Position numbers and translations under genes: made by a program
Shown: positions 21,206 through 30,889 of the stretch, piece after piece
Numbering within the stretch: the stretch's first letter is position 1
Layout: each line of letters starts with the position of its first letter
Source of the DNA: Verrucomicrobiales bacterium
Lineage (GTDB): Bacteria > Verrucomicrobiota > Verrucomicrobiia > Limisphaerales > Palsa-1400
DNA length: 46,830 nucleotides
Direction of reading: 5' to 3'
Assembly (NCBI GenBank): GCA_003138485.1
Contig: PLGF01000083.1
Location: 50,333 to 97,162 of the forward strand
The notes under the pieces: model-generated
Seen by the model: only the letters and a program-made list of their open reading frames with translations
Database searches by the model: none
What the model was told of the DNA's origin: nothing

Positions 21206-21240
21206 GCGGCAAATTCACGCTTTATGCGTGAAATTGCCGC
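21206..21240. terminator. 15-bp stem-loop overlapping the UDP-glucuronate decarboxylase stop codon
   Basis: GCGGCAAATTCACGC-TTTAT-GCGTGAAATTGCCGC with 1 mismatch. There is no clear U-tract, so a terminator role is uncertain. Confidence 0.4.
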
Positions 21241-22219
21241 AACCACCGCCCCCATCTTCCATCCTGCCCTGAAAATAATCAATAGTTTTGACAATGCCTT
21301 CCTCCAGCGCAACTCGCGGCGCCCAGCCCAGCAATTCCTTCGCCCGGCTGATGTCCGGCCGCCTCTGCCGCGGATCATCCTCCGGCAGCGGCTTGAACAC
21401 AATCTTGCTCCGCGACCCCGTCAGCCGGATGATCGCCCGCGCAAACTCGAGCACCGTCATCTCGGCCGGGTTGCCGATATTCACCGGATCGTTGCCCCGG
21501 CTCATCATCAAACGGTATAGTCCCTCGATCAAATCTTCGCAGTAACAAAAACTCCGCGTTTGTTGGCCGCGGCCAAAAACGGTCAGGGGCCGGTTCCGCA
21601 ACGCCTGGCTGATAAATGCCGGCACGACCCGTCCGTCGCGCAACCGCATCCTCGGACCATAGGTGTTGAAGATGCGCGCGATCCGGGTGTCCACCTGGTG
21701 CTGGCGATGATAGGCCATCGTCAGCGCCTCGGCAAACCGCTTGGATTCGTCGTAACAACCACGCGGGCCAACCGTATTGACGTTGCCCCAGTAATCCTCC
21801 CGTTGCGGATGCGCCAACGGGTCGCCGTAAATTTCGGAGGTCGATGCCAGCAAAAATCGCGCCCCTTTGTGCTTGGCCAGCCCCAGCGCCTTGTGCGTCC
21901 CCAAGGACCCCACCTTCAGGGTTTGGATCGGCAACTCCAAATAATCAATCGGACTGGCCGGCGACGCCAGATGCCAGACATAATCAACCGGGCCATCCAG
22001 AAACAGAAACTCCGTCACGTCCTGCTGGATGAACCTGAAGCCCGCGTTGCCCGCCAGATGGGCGACATTCTCCACCGCGCCCGTGACCAGGTTGTCAATT
22101 GCCACGACCTGATGCCCGCGCGCGAGCAGGCAATCCACCAGATGCGACCCCAGAAACCCCGCCCCGCCCGTCACGACCGAGACTGGATTCTTTGCATCCG
22201 TGATTTTTTTCTTTGCCAT
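21215..22219 (-). CDS. UDP-glucuronate decarboxylase (UDP-xylose synthase), extended SDR family
   Basis: [65 protein letters not shown]. Start trimmed to ATG 22219 (MAKKKI). Confidence 0.92.
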   Translation of the reverse strand: MAKKKITDAKNPVSVVTGGAGFLGSHLVDCLLARGHQVVAIDNLVTGAVENVAHLAGNAGFRFIQQDVTEFLFLDGPVDYVWHLASPASPIDYLELPIQTLKVGSLGTHKALGLAKHKGARFLLASTSEIYGDPLAHPQREDYWGNVNTVGPRGCYDESKRFAEALTMAYHRQHQVDTRIARIFNTYGPRMRLRDGRVVPAFISQALRNRPLTVFGRGQQTRSFCYCEDLIEGLYRLMMSRGNDPVNIGNPAEMTVLEFARAIIRLTGSRSKIVFKPLPEDDPRQRRPDISRAKELLGWAPRVALEEGIVKTIDYFQGRMEDGGGGCGNFTHKA

Positions 22220-22230
22220 GATGTTCAGCG

Positions 22231-23694
22231 CTAGCGCGCCCCCTTTCCCAGGAGGACCACCCAGATCGTGCGCCAAAGAATCCGGCAGTCCAGCCCCAAC
22301 GACCAATGGTCGATATACTCGAGGTCCAACCTCACCCAATCCTTGAAATCGGTCACGTCGTTCCGGCCCGACACCTGCCAGGTGCAGGTCAGGCCCGGGC
22401 GAACGCTCAGGCGCCTGCGGTCGGCCAGGTCGTCGAACCGTTGCACCTCATGCACCGGCAGCGGCCGCGGCCCGACCAGGCTCATCTCAAAACGCAGCAC
22501 ATTGAACAACTGGGGTGTTTCGTCAATGCTGAACTTGCGCAGCCATCTGCCCACCGGCGTCACGCGCGGGTCTTTGGACACCTTGAAGACAGGCCCGGAC
22601 ATCTCGTTCAGCGCGGCCAGCTCCCCCTGCAACTGCTCCGCGTCAGTCACCATCGAACGGAATTTGTACATGACGAATGGTTTCCCGTTCAAGCCCGCCC
22701 GCTGCTGCTTGAAAAAGACCGGACCCGGCGAAGTTGACTTGATTAAAATGGCCGCCGCGATCATGAAGGGCGAAAAAACCGCCAGCAAAACCAACCCGCC
22801 CAGAAAATCCATCACCTGTTTGATAAGCCGCGGCCAGGTGGTCTCCGGCCCGCTGCGAAAGACCAGCACCGGACGCCCGTGGAAATCGTCCACGCTGGGC
22901 CGCGACCCCTGGGCCTTGAGAAAGCCCGCCAAGAGCCAGGTCTCGATCCCTTCCAACTCGCAGGCGTGAATCGCCTCCTCCACCTGGCCAAAGAGAGTGT
23001 GCCGCGCCGCGATGACCACGGTGTTGATCGCGTTTTCGTGGAAGCACTCCGCCAAATCCTCTTTTGACGTGTGGTTCAAATCGAATTCCCCCCAAACCTC
23101 CAATTCCTGCATCCCCTGGCCGATCTCCTCCCGCAAACGCCGGGTGTCCTCGGCCACTCCCAGCAGGATCACCCGCCGCCGGAATTGCGCCTGCCCCAGC
23201 TTCGTGCGGTAGGCCGCGCGCAGCAACTCCTCCTTCAAAAACATCAGCCCAAAACTGCAAAAGCCGAAGAGCACCAGGACTCCGCGCGCCGCCTCCACCT
23301 TCAACATGAACACCATCAGGATCAGCCCCACCGAGCAAATGCAGCACGATTTGCCCAATTGCCACGCCACCTGCCGCATCGGCGAAAAAACCGGGCGCTC
23401 GTAAAAACCCTGCCATTCCAGAACCAGCGGCGTCATCGGTATCACCACCAGAAACAACCAGAAATACTCCGGCACAAATGGCTTGATCTGATCGACCGCG
23501 CGCGTCAATAACCGCGCCCCGCTCCAATCCAGCCCAATCAAATCCCCCAGCCAAACGGCCCACCGGCCCCACATGGCAACGGTCTCCCCCCAATGAAAAC
23601 GAATCAAGTGCGCCAGCCACAAGCCCAACGCAAAGACGCCCCCGTCAATGAACTGATAGACCTGCACCCGAAGTTGGCGGTCTCGACGCAACAT
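22231..23694 (-). CDS. Polyprenyl-phosphate sugar-1-phosphate transferase (WcaJ/WbaP-type priming glycosyltransferase)
   Basis: N-terminal TM helices; C-terminal catalytic domain with [61 protein letters not shown]. Confidence 0.92.
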   Translation of the reverse strand: MLRRDRQLRVQVYQFIDGGVFALGLWLAHLIRFHWGETVAMWGRWAVWLGDLIGLDWSGARLLTRAVDQIKPFVPEYFWLFLVVIPMTPLVLEWQGFYERPVFSPMRQVAWQLGKSCCICSVGLILMVFMLKVEAARGVLVLFGFCSFGLMFLKEELLRAAYRTKLGQAQFRRRVILLGVAEDTRRLREEIGQGMQELEVWGEFDLNHTSKEDLAECFHENAINTVVIAARHTLFGQVEEAIHACELEGIETWLLAGFLKAQGSRPSVDDFHGRPVLVFRSGPETTWPRLIKQVMDFLGGLVLLAVFSPFMIAAAILIKSTSPGPVFFKQQRAGLNGKPFVMYKFRSMVTDAEQLQGELAALNEMSGPVFKVSKDPRVTPVGRWLRKFSIDETPQLFNVLRFEMSLVGPRPLPVHEVQRFDDLADRRRLSVRPGLTCTWQVSGRNDVTDFKDWVRLDLEYIDHWSLGLDCRILWRTIWVVLLGKGAR

Positions 23695-23757
23695 CTTGAT
23701 TCACTTTATGAGCATTGGACTGTTGCCCGGCCCCAAGGCCAGGCACGATTCACTCTT

Positions 23758-24525
23758 TCATGGCTGGACCGCGACCGGCGAGAGACGCCCGGTCGGCTTG
23801 CCCTTGACCACCTGAAAGTCCGGCACTGACGCCCGGATGAATCGTTCTAATCTCTCAAATGTGGCCTGCTCCCGCCCCGGAAGGCAAGTCGCAAAATAAG
23901 TGATGTACGCCCACCTTTCCAACTCCCCCTTCTCCACCATCGTCCTGGCAATCGACCACAATCGCGTCCCCTGCTCGGAAGTAATCTTGTCCGCGGTCAC
24001 AAACCAATAGACGTACACACCGCTCATCATCATCGGCTGGCCTTGCTTGTCACGCGCCCGCATGGAAGTCGTCAATTTCATGGCCGGTAAATCGTAAGCA
24101 TAAGGCCGGTCCATGTGCAGTTGCACCCGTTCGGTTCGATCTATGGTCCAGTTCTGCCCGACCAGGCAATACTGCGGCTGATGAATGCTCGTGCGGTCCG
24201 TCCCCATCAACACCACCGTAAGCATCGCCTGGAACCCGTCCGCGCTCCTGTAGAAGCGCCGTCCAAACGTGGTGTCCCTGGGCAGCCCGTTCAACTCCGC
24301 CCCGGTGATCGGCAGGTTCGTCCCCGCTCCTCCCTCAATTTCACGCGGCAAGAGCACACTTTGGCGGGCCACCATTTCCCCATGCTCGCCGTAAAGCGGG
24401 ACCGGCCCCACAAGCACCCCCGGCGCTCCCAGCCGGTGCGTGGCGCTGACCTCCTGCAAATACCCGCCAGTCGCCGCCATCATCCCCAAGGCGGCGCCAA
24501 ATAAAGCCCATTGCGCGGCTTTCAT
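23758..24525 (-). CDS. Exosortase-associated EpsI-family protein
   Basis: N-terminal anchor, DRTSIHQPQYCLVGQNW (HxPxxC motif), YVYWF; ATGA overlap with the exosortase stop. Confidence 0.8.
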   Translation of the reverse strand: MKAAQWALFGAALGMMAATGGYLQEVSATHRLGAPGVLVGPVPLYGEHGEMVARQSVLLPREIEGGAGTNLPITGAELNGLPRDTTFGRRFYRSADGFQAMLTVVLMGTDRTSIHQPQYCLVGQNWTIDRTERVQLHMDRPYAYDLPAMKLTTSMRARDKQGQPMMMSGVYVYWFVTADKITSEQGTRLWSIARTMVEKGELERWAYITYFATCLPGREQATFERLERFIRASVPDFQVVKGKPTGRLSPVAVQP

Positions 24526-25469
24526 GCTGTCCTGGGAGGCCCCTCTCTGAGCCAATGCCCCACTGCCAGCATGCAGCCGATTGCCAGCGAATACGTCACA
24601 AATCCAAACCACTCATGCACAAACATGGCCGCCTCCTGGTCAAACGCCTGTCTCACCAGCACGATCACCAGCAGCCGGATCAAATTGCACCCCACCACCA
24701 GCGGAATCGTCAGCGCGATCATCCCCGCCCGCTTCCAAATCGAGCGGTGAGCCAAAAACGCGAAAACCGTCGTCACCGCCAGCAACGCCACAAAGCTGCG
24801 GATGCCGCTGCACGCCGCCGCCACGTCAAAGTTGATCTTCCCGCTTGCATCAAAGAGCGTTGTCCCATGAGCCATTACCGGAATCCCCAGCACAAATCCG
24901 CAAATCCATGCCGTCAGCTTCACCGTGAAGATTCGCAACGGCAGCGTCCAGCCGTCCAGGAAAATCCCGACCGGCATGCAAAAAACGAACAAAAAAAACG
25001 GAAAGAAGCTCGCCGCCAGCGTCCTCCATCCCCACGCCAATCCCACCAGGCTGTAAAGGCCAAAGAACAGCGCCACAAGCGACACACGGGGCTGCTCCGC
25101 GAGGAATCCGAGAATGTGCAAGACCAGGGCCAGCCCGGTGAGAATCAACCCCGGCCACCACGGCCCGGCCATTGACGCCGCCAATTCCTTCCGTTTGACC
25201 CAGAGCAACACAGCCACGACCGGCGGGATCAAATTCCCCTGGCTTGAATCCATCGAGGGCATGTTCCAGGCGTGGTACATCCAGAGAAACAACGAGGGCC
25301 GGGTCGTATCAAAATTGAATGAGCTGATCCCCCAAAACTCAAAGAGCACGCACCAGGCCGCCAGCAAACACAGAAAAAAGCCCTTCTCCGGCACCCGCGC
25401 CCAGTACCGTGCGAACTCCTCTGGAAAGGAGGCCTCCGGCGCAACCTCGGTTTTTGGGACAATGTCCAT
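24522..25469 (-). CDS. Exosortase/archaeosortase-family membrane transpeptidase
   Basis: Multiple TM helices; catalytic Cys (VAAACSGIRS), Arg (NLIR) and His (HEWFG). Confidence 0.9.
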   Translation of the reverse strand: MDIVPKTEVAPEASFPEEFARYWARVPEKGFFLCLLAAWCVLFEFWGISSFNFDTTRPSLFLWMYHAWNMPSMDSSQGNLIPPVVAVLLWVKRKELAASMAGPWWPGLILTGLALVLHILGFLAEQPRVSLVALFFGLYSLVGLAWGWRTLAASFFPFFLFVFCMPVGIFLDGWTLPLRIFTVKLTAWICGFVLGIPVMAHGTTLFDASGKINFDVAAACSGIRSFVALLAVTTVFAFLAHRSIWKRAGMIALTIPLVVGCNLIRLLVIVLVRQAFDQEAAMFVHEWFGFVTYSLAIGCMLAVGHWLREGPPRTA

Positions 25470-25476
25470 CGGCCAC

Positions 25477-25506
25477 ACCTTACACCGTCACCTCCTCCGG
25501 GCGCAA
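25477..25506 (-). promoter_or_regulatory. Candidate promoter TTGCGC-N18-TAAGGT, 7 nt before the exosortase ATG (leaderless-type geometry)
   Basis: Read directly from the minus strand: ttgcgc ccggaggaggtgacggtg taaggt gtggccg ATG. Confidence 0.4.
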
Positions 25507-25612
25507 TCCCATCCGTTCACCTCCCGCCCCGTTCCCTCGCGCAATCTGTCGGGGCGGCCCCGCGTCCGCCATCTCCCTTGGGCCGCCAAAAACTACCGCA
25601 AATTGGCGCGGT

Positions 25613-25801
25613 TCAGGGTTGTTTGGTGTAAGGCGCGGGTTCTTCGCGGAGAGCGCTGGAATGAACCGCGCGGCCCCGGATGGCCAGTTCCCGTTCGCGC
25701 AAGGCATCAAGCAGGCGCAACTTCTCCCCCACGGTCCGCGCCGCGAGCTCGCGCCGCAGGGCGCGTTTGCTTTCAAGAATCTTTTTCAATTTCGCGTCCA
25801 T
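25613..25801 (-). CDS. Small basic helical hypothetical protein, 62 aa; third gene of the TA-like cassette
   Basis: MDAKLKKILESKRALRRELAARTVGEKLRLLDALRERELAIR...REEPAPY; protein-like amphipathic pattern; overlaps the upstream ORF. Confidence 0.55.
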   Translation of the reverse strand: MDAKLKKILESKRALRRELAARTVGEKLRLLDALRERELAIRGRAVHSSALREEPAPYTKQP

Positions 25802-26027
25802 CAGGCACTTGGCCGACAATCAAAAAAGTTCTGATCAACTCCCCATCACCGCAAACTGTAAAGCCGGGAAATCTCTTAAACCACTTGTCTGCCGGAACCT
25901 CAGGTTCGCTGTCCAGCCAATGCGCCAGCAGGGTGAGTTGTTCGTAAGAAATCCTTCGCTCGCGCATTCGCGCCAGGAGACGGGCAAGGAGCCGATCAGG
26001 GAGCTTCTCGCGACGAATTCCAGGCAT
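25773..26027 (-). CDS. Small protein, 84 aa; candidate RelE/DUF4258-like toxin
   Basis: LLARMRERRISYEQL resembles the HAxxRMxERxIS motif of DUF4258-type proteins, followed by short beta-strands (WFKRF, FTVCGDG, LIRTFL). Confidence 0.55.
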   Translation of the reverse strand: MPGIRREKLPDRLLARLLARMRERRISYEQLTLLAHWLDSEPEVPADKWFKRFPGFTVCGDGELIRTFLIVGQVPDGREIEKDS

Positions 26028-26241
26028 CGGCTGGCCCGCCGTGGAATCCGCGCACTATCTCTGTCTGCAAACGCTCGGCTTCGTGGGAACCTTTCGCCTC
26101 GACCATTTGCCTTGCCAGTTCGCCCAACTCGTCAGGGGTCAGCCGGCGGACTTCCCCGGCTTTGCGGACAAAATCAATGACTCGATCCTGTTCCGCACGG
26201 GGCAGGCGTTTAATCTCTTCAATGATTTCCACTGATGTCAC
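25996..26241 (-). CDS. Small helical protein, 81 aa; candidate antitoxin with DUF2281-like N-terminus
   Basis: VEIIEEIKRLPRAEQDRVIDFV resembles the DUF2281/addiction-module N-terminus. GTG start; overlaps the next gene. Confidence 0.55.
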   Translation of the reverse strand: MTSVEIIEEIKRLPRAEQDRVIDFVRKAGEVRRLTPDELGELARQMVEAKGSHEAERLQTEIVRGFHGGPADAWNSSREAP

Positions 26242-26247
26242 GTTACC

Positions 26248-26276
26248 AACTTACGCGACGGGGCATTCTCATGCAG
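26248..26276 (-). promoter_or_regulatory. Candidate promoter CTGCAT-N17-TAAGTT, 6 nt before the GTG of the TA-like cassette (leaderless-type geometry)
   Basis: Minus strand reads ctgcat gagaatgccccgtcgcg taagtt ggtaac GTG, with no Shine-Dalgarno. Confidence 0.4.
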
Positions 26277-26563
26277 CCGAGAAGGGAGACATTAACCATT
26301 GAACGGCAAGCCCAATCCGCTCTTTTTTCCGGGCAACCTCCCGTGTGCGTCTGAACGCCCGGTTCCGCCGCCCGTTGACCCGACATAAGTTGTCAACCAC
26401 AGCTCCGGCGCACTGAAGGCGCGTCGGGTCAGGATACTCGATGCGCATCCGGCCTCAGATTCATCCGTCGCGCAAGTGCATGAAATGGACAAAGCTGATT
26501 CTGCTGAAAAACCTCCAGCCTGTTTTTTGGCGCGCTTCTTAACTGGTCGTGCTTGGAGGCGGC

Positions 26564-29461
26564 TTAGGCCTTTGCCTGGCGTGACGCGGCCAGTGCCTGG
26601 TGCAGAACGCCCAGCAGCGCGACGCTGCTAAAGGGCTTGGTCAACAGCGCCAGCAGGTCGAGGGTCTCCAACTCTTTGATGACCGTCCTCTCGCCCACCC
26701 CCGTCATGCCGAGAATTGGCAGTTGCGGGTCCAAGTTTCGCAAAGCCCGGACTAGCGACGGCCCGTCCATTTCCGGCATCATCATGTCCGTGAGGACCGC
26801 CCGGATCTCGGCCCGGTGCCTGGCAAAGAGAACCATGGCTTCGACCCCTTCAGCGGCGAGCACCACCCGGTAGCCATGTCTTTCCAGTGTGCGCCCGACC
26901 ACACCGCGCACGCTGGCTTCATCATCCACCACCAGGATCATTTCGCCCCCGGTGCGTGGCGGCAATGTGTCGCGCTCAGGCAGGGTGCCGGCCTTGGCTT
27001 CCAACGAGGCCGGGAGATAAAGCTCAAAGGTGGTGCCTTTGTCGATCTGGCTGTTTACCCGCACAAAACCGCTGTGGCCTTGCACAATGCCGAGCACGGT
27101 GGCCAGACCCAGGCCCGTGCCCTTGCCGATTTCCTTGGTGGTGAAGAACGGGTCGAAAATGCGGTCAAGGTGTTCAGGCGGGATGCCCATGCCGGTGTCG
27201 GTCACACTCAGGCAAATGTAATGGCCGGGTTTGGCGTGGAGCATCACGGCGGCGAACGCCTCGTCGAGGGTCAGATTTTCCGCCGCCAGGGTGAGTGTGC
27301 CGCCATCGGGCATGGCATCGCGGGCGTTGACGCAGAGGTTCATGAGCGCCTGGTTGATCTGGGTGGCGTCGCCGAGGGCCTGCCAGAGGTTCTGGGGCAC
27401 GTTGACCCGCAGTTGGATGTTCTTGGGGAAGGTCTCGCGGATGAGCTTGTTCATCTCACCAAAGAGATGCTGCACGGGCAGGGGCTCGCATGCGCTGGGT
27501 TTGCCCCGGGCAAAGAGGAGCAGTTGCTTGATGATGTCAGCCCCCCGCTGGGCGCAGTTTTCCACGGTGTGCAGCATCTCACGGCTTTCGGGATCGTCGG
27601 TCTTTTCGCGCAGGATCCGCATGCTCATCAGTATGGGCTGGAGGATGTTGTTCAGGTCATGGGCTACGCCACTGGCCAGCGCGCCGATGCTCTCCAGACG
27701 CTGGGCGCGGAAGAAATTGGCTTCGAGTTGCTTCCGCTCAGTAATGTCCTGCACTGTACCGGTCATGCGCCGCACCGGGCCGGAAGATTCCTTGACCGCG
27801 TGAATGATGGTGGCGAAGTGGTGGATGGGGCCGTGCGCGGGGTTGGTGCGGAATTCCAGCCGGCCTTGTTCGCCTGACTCTACAACTCGCTGATGAATCT
27901 CCATCAAACGCGTCCGGTCTTCGGGGTGTACCATTTCAAGAAAATCAGTGAACTGGGGCGCGCCCAACGCCGGGTCACGATCAAAAAGTCGCAGCATTTC
28001 TTTTGACCATCTGCCTTTCCCCGCGGCGAGATCAAGATCCCAACTGCCCATCCGGGTTATGGATTGGGCGGATTCAAGGTTGGACTGGCTCTCCCGCAGC
28101 GCGTCCTCCACGCGTTTGCGCTCGGTAATGTCGCGGAAAAACCCCGCCATGTATTTCTTCCCATCCAAAGTAATGGGCGCCGAACTGACGTCAGCGTAAA
28201 ACAAGGTGCCATTCCGTCGCCGAACAGGGACGTCCCGGGCTGTGGCGAGTTCGCCTCGCACCTGTTGCTCAAACGCCGCGCGAATCCATGACAGGGACTC
28301 TGGCGGGTGTATGTCGGCCAGCCCGAGGGTGCTGATTTCCTCGCGGGTGTAGCCCAGCATCCGGCACATCGTGTCGTTGGTGAGATGGAACTTCAGGGTT
28401 TCCAAGTCGGCCATCAGAATCCCGTCCGTTGCGTTCTCAAAAATAGCATGAAATCGCTGCTCGCTCTCCCGCAAAATGCGCTCGGTTGTCTTGCGTTTGG
28501 TCACATCACGCGAAATCACCATCACCTTTTCAGGCTTCCCGGCATCGTCCCGGATGATGTTGCCTTGAGACTCGATATGGCGCACCGAACCGTCCTTGAG
28601 CACGAAGCGGAATTCTGTGCGCAAACCCGTGTTGAGCCGGAGACTCTCCTTAAAGAGCCGGCGGACTCGCTCGCGATCCTCCGGATGAATCTCGGCAAAG
28701 GAATCGGTCCCACGCAAGGCCTCCGGCGGGCCGAGCACATCTGAGTAGGCGCGGCTGTTGAAAAGACGCTTGCCCTCGATATCCACAATCGCAATCAGGT
28801 CGGTGGAATTCTCGGTTATCAGCCGTAGCATCTCCTGGCTTTCTCGCAGCGTCTCAGCCGCGCGCTTTTGCTCCTCCATGGAGCGACGGAGGATTTCGAC
28901 GTCCGCCTGTTCCCGGCGCAAGGATTCCTGCGCCTGCTCGCGCTCAAAGTGGGCGCGGGCCAGTTCCCGCGAGCGCCGCCGCAGGTCCAGTTGCGTCATC
29001 ACGTAGTGACTCAAGACATGCAAGGCTTCCTGATGCCGCGCAGACATCTCGCGAGGGACGCGGTCAATGACGCACAGCGTGCCCAACGCCAGACCCTCGC
29101 ACGTGGCGAGCGGCGCGCCGGCATAAAAGCGGATGTGTGGCTCGGAGGTAACCAGTGGATTATCGGCAAACCGCTCGTCGAGGGTGGCGTCCGGCACAAT
29201 GAACAGGCCGGGCTGATGAATGGCGTGGCCGCAGAAGGAAATGTCCCGCGCCGTCTCGGTGACAGTCAGGCCGACCCGCGATTTGAACCACTGCCGGTTT
29301 TCATCCACAAGTGAGATGAGCGCGATGGGAGCTTCGCAGATGTCCGCGGCCAGTGTGGTAAGTTCGTCAAAGGCTTCCTCCGGCGGCGTATCCAGCACTT
29401 CATACTGCCAAAGAACCTCAATGCGCCGTTTTTCGTCCGGCAATGGTGACGGAGTTTTCAT
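26564..29461 (-). CDS. Cytoplasmic hybrid sensor histidine kinase (GAF, 3x PAS/PAC, HisKA, HATPase, REC)
   Basis: GAF ([10 protein letters not shown]...IRFYAGAPL...GTLCVID); three PAS/PAC units ending RDVTKRK, RDITERK, QDITERK; H-box [10 protein letters not shown]; [10 protein letters not shown]; DTGMGI; [15 protein letters not shown]; REC ILVVDDE...VLTDMMMP...KPF. Start trimmed to ATG 29461. Confidence 0.93.
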   Translation of the reverse strand: MKTPSPLPDEKRRIEVLWQYEVLDTPPEEAFDELTTLAADICEAPIALISLVDENRQWFKSRVGLTVTETARDISFCGHAIHQPGLFIVPDATLDERFADNPLVTSEPHIRFYAGAPLATCEGLALGTLCVIDRVPREMSARHQEALHVLSHYVMTQLDLRRRSRELARAHFEREQAQESLRREQADVEILRRSMEEQKRAAETLRESQEMLRLITENSTDLIAIVDIEGKRLFNSRAYSDVLGPPEALRGTDSFAEIHPEDRERVRRLFKESLRLNTGLRTEFRFVLKDGSVRHIESQGNIIRDDAGKPEKVMVISRDVTKRKTTERILRESEQRFHAIFENATDGILMADLETLKFHLTNDTMCRMLGYTREEISTLGLADIHPPESLSWIRAAFEQQVRGELATARDVPVRRRNGTLFYADVSSAPITLDGKKYMAGFFRDITERKRVEDALRESQSNLESAQSITRMGSWDLDLAAGKGRWSKEMLRLFDRDPALGAPQFTDFLEMVHPEDRTRLMEIHQRVVESGEQGRLEFRTNPAHGPIHHFATIIHAVKESSGPVRRMTGTVQDITERKQLEANFFRAQRLESIGALASGVAHDLNNILQPILMSMRILREKTDDPESREMLHTVENCAQRGADIIKQLLLFARGKPSACEPLPVQHLFGEMNKLIRETFPKNIQLRVNVPQNLWQALGDATQINQALMNLCVNARDAMPDGGTLTLAAENLTLDEAFAAVMLHAKPGHYICLSVTDTGMGIPPEHLDRIFDPFFTTKEIGKGTGLGLATVLGIVQGHSGFVRVNSQIDKGTTFELYLPASLEAKAGTLPERDTLPPRTGGEMILVVDDEASVRGVVGRTLERHGYRVVLAAEGVEAMVLFARHRAEIRAVLTDMMMPEMDGPSLVRALRNLDPQLPILGMTGVGERTVIKELETLDLLALLTKPFSSVALLGVLHQALAASRQAKA

Positions 29462-29570
29462 TGTGCCGCAGAACACCAACAAGCCCTTCCTGAACCCTGG
29501 TAAACTATATTTCTTTTCCTGCCCGATTTGCCAATCGACATTGCCAATTGAAACTTCAGCCGTTTCAGCA

Positions 29571-29598
29571 AGCCTATTATGCTCCGCCACGTTGTCAA
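29571..29598 (-). promoter_or_regulatory. Candidate promoter for the histidine kinase (TTGACA-N16-TAGGCT)
   Basis: Perfect -35 at 29593-29598 and -10-like hexamer at 29571-29576. It lies inside the spurious N-terminal extension of the track ORF. Confidence 0.5.
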
Positions 29599-29625
29599 GG
29601 CCAAAACTCCTTCAAAACCCTTCAT

Positions 29626-29780
29626 GAACGCATGACAAGAATTTCCACCTTTCTGGTAGGGGAGAGCTGCAGACGGAACTGGATAGTCGATGCCCGCTTT
29701 GCGGGCTGCTCTGCCCTGAATTCTTGGGCGGCGCAGCAGCGCCGTCCTTCCGATGGCGTGAAGATTTTTGTCATGCGCCC
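29626..29780. mobile_element. 155-bp MITE/REPIN-like element: 23-bp imperfect terminal inverted repeats enclosing two REP-like palindromes
   Basis: Left GAACGCATGACAAGAATTTCCAC versus reverse complement of right GGGCGCATGACAAAAATCTTCAC (18/23). Inside are GGTAGGGGAGAGC...GCTCTGCCC and GGCGGCGC-AGCA-GCGCCGTC-CTTCC. Confidence 0.55.
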
Positions 29781-29962
29781 CTTTCCTGGGTGGCAACTTG
29801 TCAAGCCCCAACGTCTTGTTGGTGAGCTTTTTGCGCGAGGCATTGGGGGAAAACTCAGTGAAACGTCGCGCCGACCGCGCCGCCGATGGCGTAGCGTTCA
29901 ATCATAGCGTCAGCCTGCATCTGGTTGATCGTCTCCATGGCTTCTTTGATGTCCATATTAAC

Positions 29963-30796
29963 ATGGCCCGGCCGCAAAAACTAATTGCCGCGATCAATCA
30001 GTATCGGCACCGGCGCTGGTGGAAACTGATCGATCAAACCTAGGCGGCGCACGGGGACGATCTGCTGGCGCAGATTACTGCGATTCAGACCCAACTGGAA
30101 AGGGCAAGCCGGTGGCGGATCAGAGGTTTCGCCGCGTTTTACGTGGAACAATTGATTCGCGCGCTCGACCCGCGAATTTGGTTTGCCGGTTACTTCATTA
30201 CGAGCAATTACGCCGACACGGATTTCGCGGTGGTGGCATGTTCGCTGATTCTTTCGGGAAAGAGGGCTTTCGAGGATGTAATGACAAATCCGGCGGGACT
30301 GGCGTCGCGCAAGATACCCAAAGGCGTGCCGGTCGCCAAAGTACGGACGTTGTTCAGCGAGCCGCACAACAAGAAAACGGGAAAGAAGCTGTTACTCAAA
30401 AGGGATTTCCGTGCGCGTTTTGCGGCAGCAAAGGCTTTGTTTGTTCGCGAGACAGTGGGAATAAGGCGGACTACCGGGGTCTATGAAGAACTCAAGAGCC
30501 AATTCTGGAACCGGCAGGACGCGCAACGGGGCAGCGCGCAAGCCTTTGAGCGCCTGCGTCCGATCGCGGAACCTTTGGCGGAGAATGGACATCCTGGAGC
30601 GCAGCTTTACCTGGGCTGTGTTTACTGGCTTGGAAAGGGGACTCCAAAGGACATCGATAAAGCGATCCGATATGAGGGGCGTGGCGCGAACATGGATTTG
30701 TGCGAGGCTCACCGCTGGCTGGCGAAGGCCGCCGCCAATGGCTCCGAACCGGCCAAAGAGAAACTGGCGAAAATGGCGCTCAATGGCGCTGCCTAG
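29963..30796 (+). pseudogene. DUF4240-like plus Sel1-repeat gene interrupted by an in-frame TAG at 30041-30043
   Basis: One frame reads MARPQ...WWKLIDQT*AAHGDDLLAQITAIQTQL...ALDPRIWFAGYFI...DTDF...LILSGKRAFEDVMTNP (DUF4240-like), then AENGHPGAQLYLGCVYWLGKGTPKDIDKA...AHRWLAKAAANG (Sel1). Confidence 0.6.
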
Positions 30797-30889
30797 CGGG
30801 ATAAAGACAGCAGCCGCAAGGTTCGCCCGAGCCAAAGCGTCGCGGCGGTTTTTACCCATAACGTGTCGTTTGCGACCTTTTATGGGAGA

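Noticed and set aside
29462-29590. 43-aa N-terminal extension of the histidine kinase
   Set aside because: It overlaps a good promoter candidate and an AT-rich leader; GAF homology begins just after ATG 29461.
30855-30886. CCCATAA...TTATGGG hairpin between the convergent Sel1 and HAD genes
   Set aside because: The stem is weak and interrupted, with no convincing U-tract on either strand, so it was not called as a terminator.
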